Of a stretch of DNA of 64,000 bases, positions 1-10,300 are shown in pieces. Numbering within the stretch: position 1 is the stretch's first letter; every line of letters starts with the position of its first letter. The DNA is from Microthyrium microscopicum (Eukaryota). The DNA lies in the NCBI GenBank assembly GCA_010405405.1, contig MU004230.1, positions 1,460,627 through 1,524,626 of the forward strand. Direction: 5' to 3'. A model generated the notes under the pieces. That model saw nothing but the letters and a program-made list of their open reading frames with translations. It was not told the origin of the DNA and made no database searches. A program made the position numbers and the translations under genes.

Positions 1-2
1 AG

Positions 3-407
3 GCGGGTTATCCTGCACAGTATGCTGCCCAGCCACAGACAGGCTACTATTATCCTGGCGCTAATCCCACAACTGGACAATTTCAACCTGGTACAATGAT
101 GCCACCAGTGTTTATGCAAGCTCCTCAACAGACTGGCTACATGATGCCGACTATGGCACCTGCCGCCCCTCCCCCACCTCAATCCAGTGCTACTCCTGCG
201 CCTGCAGGATTGGTTGCTCATGAACAAAACGGAATGGTGTATTATTTCGACCCATCTCAAGTATACACTGCTCAGGAGGGATATCAACAACAGCAACAGA
301 GCAATTATGTTCAAGCAGCCCCGATGGGCGGGAACATGAACCCCACTTCCGAAACTTATTACTATCCACAGGCTCCGCCTGGAGCCGTGTATTATCCCAC
401 TCAGTAG
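3..407 (+). CDS. 3' end of a Pro/Gln/Tyr-rich protein truncated by the window edge; possibly a fungal CASC3/Barentsz(Btz)-domain protein
   Basis: Frame is open from position 3 to TAG at 405-407. The C-terminal GLVAHEQNGMVYYFD...YYYPQ...VYYP resembles, from memory, tails of fungal Btz-domain proteins; the domain itself is outside the window. Confidence 0.45.
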   Translation, partial: AGYPAQYAAQPQTGYYYPGANPTTGQFQPGTMMPPVFMQAPQQTGYMMPTMAPAAPPPPQSSATPAPAGLVAHEQNGMVYYFDPSQVYTAQEGYQQQQQSNYVQAAPMGGNMNPTSETYYYPQAPPGAVYYPTQ

Positions 408-2953
408 CTCTACATGGGAAGATCTGCTAGCGAAATCCATTTCGAGCACCAGAAATATCTGTGTTCAACTCCATATCCTGCACATGCAAGCCAGTTCGCT
501 CAGGCTAGACAAAACCATATCGAGCAACAGAAATTTCTGCTTTTAAATGCTCACCTTCAACAAAAAAGCCAATCCGATTCACATCCCACCAAGTGATTCG
601 GTTCGACTGGAAGACCCCAACTTCACCTCTTTGTAAGGCCTGGTATGCTATGCTTGCCGGAGTTTTTGCCAAGTCTTTCGGTTCTTTGTTCAATCGAAGG
701 ATGTCCTATTTGCAGACGGAGTTTTTGCGATATCTGGGGTCTCTTTATCTCTTCATCAAGCTAAGGCGTTTACGAGTTTTTGCTATTGGATGTCTTCCAC
801 CTAGGCTCTTTCGGAGTTTCTTAACCCTTGGGTTGTATCATTGCTCCCTTTTGTTCAATTTATCCTGGATTTTTTTTGGGAGCTGTATCTTCTCCCGGAC
901 TCTTTCACTTATCATTGGAGAGGTCGAAAAAACCTACATCACTATTACCCAAACTACTATCCAAGCAATTTTACTGCTGTACGTACGAGAGGGACAGGCA
1001 GAAGGATCGTTCAGGTTCAGGCTTTTATTCAGGAATGCCTCCGTTTTTTTCGGTGCATAGCTGGCGTGGGGGAATAGAATTTAGCATTAATTGCAAAGTT
1101 CCCTTGAAAACATAATAACTGTATTTTGTCTTTCATTCGTGCTGTTATGGCGGATTGTCACTGCGATCTCCATCATCTGTTGACCAACATGAAGTCTGTG
1201 TAGACTTTGTACATCGAGTACGGCCATATCCATATGATTGAAAGTACGACATTACTATCGAATACTCCCGAATTGCATAAGATAGCCAACGGCATGGCAA
1301 AATTAATGACCTTCTCCCATCAACTCTGATGCCTACCACCAACGCTCTTAAGCAAAAGGTGCTCCCATTAGGCCAACGAGGTTGATGGGAGCGCGCCAGT
1401 TATTTTGCCGACCTGTTGATAGCTCCAACCACACACTCGGCTGGGTACTTGAATCGGGTTAAACCTTTCAAATGTTCAAATGTTGCCCGTGGTCTTCGGG
1501 ATTTCGGTGTGGATAATCGGCAACACTCTGTTTTCAGCTTTGCAATGCGCTGAGGCCGGTGGTATCAAACTTTAGGACCTAAAATTGGCTTTGTTTCAAG
1601 GCAGCCAGACTTGTAGCCTGTAACATTCTGAAAATTTCCATGTTTGCCAATTCACCGGTCACCGAGGATCAGAGATTTTTCGCTCGCACTAATTCGATGT
1701 TGCGGATTATTATTTTGGGCTTACATGTAGCTTCAGCCTGATGAGATAAAAAGACACCGGCCACGTACTGATGCAGCTTAGAAGGGAATGCTAGAAGGGG
1801 CGAGATAAGCGTATCATGAGCACTGCATTTGGACAAGTACATTTCATGTGTTTCTTGTCGCTTTCTTGGATTGTGTGGTGCAACATGTGGAGGCAAACCA
1901 CGCGTGGTAGGCGGAGGCGAGGCTGAGGTGCACCAAGGCGAATGATGGAAGTGGCTTCTTTGGTTGATCCCCTGGTCTTGCGGACCAAGGGATTACCAGG
2001 ACTCAGGAGGAAAATAACATGTTTACAAAAGAATAAACTTATCTACTTCCCAAGCTCTACTTTTGTGTGTATGTATGTTTTGTTCCATATGGACGGGATA
2101 TTGCTAGTAAAAAAGGTTATACTTTTGTATAGCCGGTCATGCTTGACTGGCCAGGAAGGCTTGATATGCGAGACAAGATCAGTTGTACAGCATGAGCGGT
2201 CTGGATGGAGCTAGGCTGTTTTCAGGGCATAAGTTACGCATGAAGGGTTGGAGGACTTGTCTGTTTGAACCAATGGGACGTTCAATGTGAGACTTGATAC
2301 TGGGGGTTGCTGGCCTCGCCGCAAGAATGGCATGAGTCGGCCAGTCAGTCTAATGGATGCGGCATAGTGCTGGTGCCGCTCCGTTCGGTGAGTGGAGTTG
2401 TTGCCGCACGTGATGGCATATTTTGCCTGCCGTGAAATTATTCTAGAAGGTTTTGGGGTGTTAGGAGGTTGGGTGATGCCTGGTAGGCATTGAGGTGTTC
2501 ATGATTAGTACTCTGCTCAAGTCATGGCGCGGTGAAGGATGGAAAGTGTTGGTAATGCTGAGGTATCAAGTTCAGATCAAGGTGAGGGTTGACGCTTACG
2601 ATGGGGGCTCTGGGAGTAAGAGTCAGCAGGGTGAGTTTGTCAGCGTATTTAATTATCATCATTGGTTGAGCCAGAGATAGCGCGAGATCAAAGGAGGCTA
2701 AGACAGAGCACGGACGTCGCCTTCAAGGCAGCGGTTGTACGCAGCAAAGTGGTTGAGTGGCAGGAGCAACTCTGAGTCTCTGGCACCCTGCACTGCGGCC
2801 ACTGCCTGTTACTCCTCACCCTTCGAGCTGCCATCAACTCAACTACCTCCCTCTCTCTCTCCCCCTCAACACCTATTGCTCGGCCAGATTCTTCCTGAGC
2901 ATAATTCTTCTTCTCCACTTCATACCTGTAAATCCCACTACATCCACCCTCTC

Positions 2954-3023
2954 TATCGCCTCTGCTCGCGAATATCCTCCTCGTTATCGCCTCTGCTCGC
3001 GAATATCCTCCTCGTTATCGCCT
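2954..3023. repeat. 31-bp tandem repeat (TATCGCCTCTGCTCGCGAATATCCTCCTCGT) x2 plus an 8-bp partial copy
   Basis: Exact copies at 2954-2984 and 2985-3015, partial at 3016-3023. Confidence 0.95.
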
Positions 3024-3054
3024 GTCGTTGTGCTCGTCTCACCGACCACTCCGA

Positions 3055-3098
3055 CGTCAGTCCATCGTCAGTCCATCGTCAGTCCATCGTCAGTCCAT
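3055..3098. repeat. 11-bp tandem repeat (CGTCAGTCCAT) x4
   Basis: Four exact copies ending 16 nt upstream of the ATG at 3115. Confidence 0.95.
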
Positions 3099-3114
3099 CT
3101 GATCAACCACAATT

Positions 3115-6100
3115 ATGGCTTCACCAACGTCGTCAACTCCTGTTGGCCCTGATACCGCCATCAGCATCAAAATCACCGTTAACGGTATCCCAAAAAAGTT
3201 CAAATTGCCTCTAGCAGACCTAGTTCCGGGCATTCTACCAGCAAAGGTACGTCAAGCCCGACCCCTCTTCTGACAAGGCTGCCACCAGACACCGGCCATC
3301 AACACCACCACTCATGTACTGACTTTTCATCTCAAATAGCTTCGAAACATTCTTGCAATCGCCGAAAATCAAGCTGCTGTCTTTGAACGTTTCTCTGATA
3401 GCTCTGCGAGCTACGTAAACCTCGATCCTAGCAATCTACATGCCTATCGTACTCTATATCGTGCTGCCAAGGCTAAGCTCAAGCTCCGTATGCGAGCTAC
3501 AGTCGGTCCACCACCTCCATCAGTCTATCCCGGTATTCTGAATGAGACAATCAACAGCCTCGCCAACCTTGACTTTGGTTCTCAGTCTACTCTTACAAGC
3601 ATTGCCGGCCCGTCCGGCTCACAATCCTCTATTCGGACCTTTATCAACCCTCCACCTGTGGTTACTAGCTCAGCTCCCGCCATTGTCTCCGACTCTGCGT
3701 CTACATCTACTTCCACTGTTGCTCAGGCCATTGCAAATGCCATGTTCGTCAGCAGTCCCTCAGTTGCGGCCGCCGCTGCTCCAGCTGAGTCAGCCAAGCC
3801 TACCTCACCACCTGCTCTCTTCAATGGTCCATCTGGTGAGCAAAAGCTGAAGATCGAATCTCCATCTTCAACTGGACTCGCTGGCCTCCACATACTCAAG
3901 GACTTGAACAAGGATTCCCGAGCTTCCAATGCCACGAGATATCCATATTATCCAACTGTGAAGGACTTCAAATCACACCCCGCATTCAGTGGCTGCGGTC
4001 CTACTAAAACTGTTCAAAGCCCTTGTCTGCGAATGTCTGATCCACAACATCTCCCTCCTGGATCTACGTATTCTTGGACCGTTTACTGCAACGAGTGCAA
4101 TGCCACCATGCTCGAAGAGCACTATCACTGCAATATCTGTGAAAACGGTGACTATGACTTGTGCTCCAAATGCCTCGGCAATGGAAAGCATTGCTTAGAC
4201 GACAACCACTGGTTGATCAAACGTAACATGCAGAGCGGTAAGGTCGTCAATGCCACTACTGAGAAGCTAGCATCCAAGGCCAAGTCCGAGGCTTCATCCA
4301 AGGAAATGCCCGGTGCATACACTGAAGAGAAGAAGCTCGAGGAGCCAATTCCAGCAGAGATCCCAACTCGCACTTGTAACTGCTGCGTCAAGGGTAAGTC
4401 GTATCACCAGTCAGACCAGACCGGATGCTAATGATTCATTAGTCTTCAATGAAGATGCTTTCGTCACTTGCGTAAACTGCGAGGATTACGATCTCTGCAT
4501 TGAGTGCCTCGAAGATAGCAAACATGGCCACCATCCAGGACACAGCTTCTCTCCAGTATCTCGCAATCTCGTCATGTCCGTTAATGCAAGCGGATTGTGC
4601 AAGGCTGGACGCAATGTTCACCACGCCGCTATCTGTGATAATTGCAATAATGTAAGTGTTTCTTTGCATTCTCATTGGTCCATCAACTAATCTCTTAGGC
4701 CATTGTCGGTGTACGTCACAAGTGCTTGACTTGCCCAGACTGGGACTTTTGCTCAGGATGCATCGTTAAAGCTTCAACCGCCCATCCAGGACATAGATTT
4801 GCTCCAGTCTACGAGTCGATTCCACCAGAGCATTTCCATTACTCTCCATCTCACGTTGGCGTTTTCTGTGACGGGCCTCTCTGCAAGAACAAGAACGCCT
4901 ACATCTCTGGCGTCCGCTACAAGTGCGCTGTCTGCCCAGATGTTGACTTCTGTGCAAACTGCGAGGCTGTTCCTCGTCTAGAGCATAATCGCACTCATCC
5001 ACTTCTGAAGTTCCGCACTCCAGTTCGTGGCTGCAGTATCACCACTCTTGTCGGTGAAGAAAACTTGCGTCAACAGGCTCAACAAGCTGAACAGGCTTCT
5101 ACAACTCAAATCCGCACTGTTGCAGAGGTGAAGCCTACTGATGCTCCTCTCAAGTCTCTAAAGGAGAAGATCGAGATCAAGCATCTTCTCTCCGAGCCCA
5201 TTAAAGAGAAGGTCATTCCACAAGTCAAGGAAGAGATCAAGGTTGAAAAGGCTGCCAACATTGGCGACCTTCGCGCTTTCTTCATCCGTGACACCATCTC
5301 TGATGGAACTACCTTTGCTCCAGAGATGCAATTTGTCCAAGTATGGACTGTGGAGAACCCAGGTCCTCATGACTGGCCCGCTGGCTGCAGCGTTCGCTAT
5401 GTTGGAGGCGACAATATGCTCAACGTTGATGACTCTCACCCATCTTCAGATGCCGACTTCTCCAAGGCCACTGAGAGCAACGTCATTCGTCGCCCTGTCA
5501 AGGTTGGCGAGAACATCTCATTCCGCGTCTTGATGAAGGCTCCAAAGCGTGAAGGTGTTGCAATTTCTTACTGGCGCCTCAAGTCCGCAGACGGTACACC
5601 ATTTGGTCATCGTCTCTGGTGCCATATCAATGTTGCTCAATCAGCTGCTCTTCCGGTCGAGAAGGAAAGCACTCCAGAACCAGAGGTGGGTCGCCTTGGA
5701 AATCACGAAAACTTTTTACGCCTGTTCCTTGCTGATCAAATGAAGCGAACTGAACCAATCCCGGTTGCCACCGAGACTCCAACTGCTGAAGGCTCACGCG
5801 AGTCTGTCTCCAAGCTCATCAACTCGGATCCTCGTCTTAGCTTGATGCGTGAGCAGCTCCGCTTGAAGATGCGCACTCGTATCCGCCAAGAGATTCTGGA
5901 CCGAAACAAGGCTCACGAGGCTGGTCTTACTGCTCTGGCTAATGCTCAAAACCCAACCAAGCGTGATCCAATTGCCATCAAGGTTGAAGACGCCAAGCCA
6001 GTTGAACTCGCTGTTGAGCCACCTGCAGCTGCTGAGCTGTCCAGCAGCAAGATGATCTTCCCAACTCTCGAGAAGGAGTCTCCCGTGTCTAGCACCCATG

Positions 6101-6321
6101 AGGATGTCATTCCAACCAAGGCCGCTACATCTGAGAACGTTATCGCTTCTTCTGGACCATCCGTCCCTGAAGCTGCACCAGTGTCCAGTCCTACCACCGA
6201 AGTGGTTGAGCTGTTTGATGATGCCGAGAGCGTCAGCCTAATTGACGAGTCCGAAGATAATGGCTTCTTGACTGAGGAGGAATACGACATTCTTGATGCT
6301 AGTGATGAGGAGGCCGCATAG
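3115..6321 (+). CDS. NBR1: NBR1-like selective autophagy receptor: N-terminal PB1-like region, four ZZ zinc fingers, FW (Nbr1_FW) domain, C-terminal acidic AIM/LIR
   Basis: Exons 3115-3246, 3340-4393, 4443-4651, 4699-6321; GT-AG introns with branch sites keep the frame. Four CxxC...CxxCxDxDxCxxC...H ZZ motifs. FW domain FVQVWTVENPGPHDWP...YWRLKSADGTPFGHRLW. Tail EEEYDILDASDEE. Confidence 0.88.
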
Positions 6322-7391
6322 AATGCCGAATCCTCTGAAAAAGCTCAAGCAAACAAATCTCGCTGGTTCTAGATAAAACAAAAAGGCCAACAAAATGGGA
6401 GGCAAGGCAACGTTAATGTGCCCCTCTTGTCTACACTTTTCACTCTTCTCTATATGTTGATGGCGCAGGCCAGGTCAAAGGCGAAGGGGGCGTATAATCG
6501 GGGATTGGCTTTTTGTTGTTCCTCTCCTTTACACGTCTGCTTAGTTCCCATGTTTCCTTATGACCTTGAAACTTCTGTTATCTAAATCTTGCGGTAATTG
6601 TCTACGTTTGTTTCAATCTCACCAGTCATGGTAGATTGGTAACTTGACACTCCTTACCTACTTGGTCGAAATGTTTTTTCGTCTCTCTTGCTTGGTCCCT
6701 CAGAATGGAAATTTTCTTCACCTTGTTCTTTGTGTTGGTTGATTGACGAGATTGAAATACAATACATCAAGTGCCTTGGATACTATGCGTCTTTGGTGCC
6801 TCTTCCGGTCCGGCCTTGTCATCGGACTTGTGCCTTGACCCTGCGCTCGAGATTGTTGGATCGATCGGAGACGTTGATCTTGAGGTTCTGGTTCTTCTTG
6901 AGTATGGAGGCCTTTGGGACCGGAGGGTGGTGTGGGTGCTTTTGGGCTTGTTGTTACTGTTGTGTTTGTAGGACAATGATTATTTATCTCAACTTTGATG
7001 CCTTGATTATGCGAATTACTTCATCTTATTCGACACCGTTACAATCATAGGATGCATCAGGTGGATACTTAACGAGCGTGATGATGAATTAGTATACTGG
7101 CCAAGTGAGGAATATGAGAGAAGACATTATATTAATTCGAAGTCAACAGGCAATGCTATGCTAACTACTTCAGAAATTCCTTATATACGCAACCAATCTT
7201 TTTTTCCATCCAAAAGGCTCCAAGTCGGCCGTGACAAATATATAGAAGAGAAAGACTAAGTGATCCAACTCCACGCTTGAAAAGTCATTGCTGATATCGA
7301 ATCGCTCCATCCAAAAGAATAAACAGGCAAAGGCACATATTACTCGAAGGTTATACATCTCTCCAAAACAGACCAATCTTGAAAACATCAT

Positions 7392-10300
7392 CTACCCCTT
7401 CCGCCAAAACTTCCATCCACTCTTCCTCCTTCCTCCACCGGATCCACCGACGCCTGGACTCTCTGCCTCATAGTACCCATCCTCTCCAATTTTTCCACGT
7501 CCATCATCTCTTCCACCGTACACTCTATCATCATGCGGGTCTCCACGCGAGCGCCCATAGCTAAAGTCCCCATCACTCACTCGTCCACCCTGCTGTTGTT
7601 GCGTGCCTCGTCGGCCAGGTAATACGGTGATGCCGGCATCTGTATCTGCCTCAGATCCAATGCTGTCTGCGTAGTATGCGTGCTCGGCGGCCGCGGGATC
7701 CATATATGCGTCCTGATCGTATGTGTCTGCTTCAGCATAGTCATCTGCATATGGATCTCCACGGTGCTGATGTCTTGGTGGACGATTTTGAGAAGGGTAG
7801 GTTGGTGGTTGCGGTGCTGCGCTGGCGGATGCTTGGCGTGGTTTGGGACTGGCGGATGTTGGCGGGGGGTAGGAGCTACCTGTTCCAGTGCGGCCGAGTG
7901 GTTGTGAGATACTGCGGCTGTGGGAGTGGTTTGGTGGATGGTGATGCTCTTGGGGACCTGGGACGGGTTTGCGGGATAGACCGCCGTTGCGAGCACCGCT
8001 GGCTTGGTTGCTGTTGTGAGAGATGTTGGGGTTAGCGGGTCCGTTGGGGTTAGCGGGTCCACTGGCGCTACGCTGGGCAGGTCGTGAAAGGCTGGGATTG
8101 CGGTTGAGACTGGGTGTGTGGCCGACGACGCCAATGTCGTGCATGCTTGCGTCGTCTCCTGCTTGGCTTTGGGCTTGCCCGTGTCCATGACCATCGGCCC
8201 AGCCGCCGAGAGTGCTGCTTTGTACGCCGCGTGGAGGTGGGTTGTGGGCGTCTGCTTCGGAGCCGCTGGCGGACCCGCTGTCTGACATGCTGGGTCTACG
8301 CGACTCACGCTTTCCAAAGAGTGACCAGCGGCGTTTGCGCCGGTTGGGTGTCAGTGGACGAGGCACTTCGCCAGTGAAGACGAGCGCAGGAACGAGGAGT
8401 CGATAGTCTGTGGTAGTGCCGGCGGGATCGCCGCGAGCATTTTCGACATTTAGGCGTACATCCAGACCACCCTCGAGATCGATGGGGCCGGCAGCGTGGA
8501 CGCTGAGATCGGTTGGACGACGTTGAAAGGTGTTAGGGCGTGCAGAGCCTGTGGTGCTGCTGATGCTACGGCGGCCAGGGGCATTCTCGGTGGACGCGTT
8601 GGGGAAGTAGCTGCCATCGTTGCTGCCGGGTCGGGCGAGGATGGCATCTGCAGAAGTAGTGCGGCGGTGCGGAGGCTGTTTGTGATCGGGGTTATTGTAG
8701 TAAGCGATTGGGGGCGCCTTGGTCTTGCGGCCAGACAGACGGCGGGTGATAGCGCCGCGCATGGATGAGAAACTGGAGCGACGAGAGCGTGGCAATGAAG
8801 CATCAGATGCTTGGCTTGTGGCTATTGAGTTTGAATAGGGTGTTGGGGGCATATCTCCTGGATTGGGAGATGGTGGTGGTGTGTCGCTGGGTAAGTATTC
8901 GCGAATAGAACACCAGTTTCGACGAGGCAAAAGTCGTTTGTTGTTGCGTGGTTTACCATCCACATCAGTTGGAAACATGGCAATCATATCTTCATCTGTG
9001 AGCTCATCAAGATGGTGGACCTTGTTGCGTTTGTTTAACACATCAGCAAGCATATCGCCAGGTGGCGAGTTGACAATGGCGCTGCTACAGATATTGGGCA
9101 TGTACCGATGATCTCGGTCTTTGGGAATGCCCATCTTCCGCGGACTGAAGAACTGACCAACAGCCGCAAGATGTACATCTCCACCGAGAAGAGTGACACG
9201 AACAGATTTGACAGCTGCCACACGTTGGAGCTCTTGAACGAACCAGTTTCGCTCATCTTTATGATGTTTGGCTGTCCAGTGATCGTCCAGGTCATCGAGA
9301 ATCTCGACACCACCGTCAAATTTATTGACAAAGCCACCCAGCATGCCCGTTCTGCCGATCATCTTGAGTGGATCCATAGCTCGAGAAGTCAAGACATTTT
9401 CGAGGAAGTTGAGACGAGGATAGGCAATTGGAACTCCGAGGAGCACAACCAGATGCTTCGTCTCGCCCTTGACAAGATCCCGCTCCAGTCTATCGAATAC
9501 ACGTTCCCATGTATCCGCACTGATGATCTCATCCCGAGCTCTTTCAGTTCGACAATCCAATCCCAAGAACGCAACGCTCGGGCCCAGATTCATGAAAACA
9601 CTTCGACTCTTCTGGTGGATATATGGTCCGGGCTGAGCACCCAACAACCAACTCGGTTCTTGGGCCTCGGTTTCCTCTGGAATCGTCTGATGCTGGAAGA
9701 GCATATAGTACTTGAAAGCCACAGCACCAACACCGGTAAACACTGGGCTGCTCATAGTATGATCCGGATAGCTTCCAAAACCATCCATGATATCATGATC
9801 ATCCCAAATATTGACCATAGGGATCTGGCTATTTGCCATGCCAAAGAACCCGGCCGAAAACCACATGGCATATCGATTCAAATAAAAGACCTCTAGCTCT
9901 TCCTGCATCTCTCGGGTAAATGGTGCGTGGTTCTTGTGATGTGGATTCTTCAGTTCCGTCCACTGCTTGAAAAGAGTCGTCTGCCGTGTCGCCGCATCCA
10001 TATAAATCTGGTCGCCACCACCCAACATAACATGGAATGGCCGTGTCTGATGCGAGTTCAAAACATCTCGCCACAAAGGATCAGGTCCACCAAATTCATT
10101 CGAGTCAATTGCAAGACTAAATCCGTTGCAGCTATGGAACATGATATTCATATTCTCGCCACGTCCAGGCACATAAAACCCCATCGCTGGTCCTCGATTG
10201 ATTCGGTACGCAATGCGTTGCTGAATTGCGCCAAGCTCGACTTCAATATTAAACTTCCAGAACGTCACGCCGCGCTCGGCGTAGAGTCGTTCGCCACGGA

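Noticed and set aside
2954..3098. Repeats as a CRISPR-like array
   Set aside because: Units are directly adjacent with no spacers, the context is eukaryotic and no cas genes are present.
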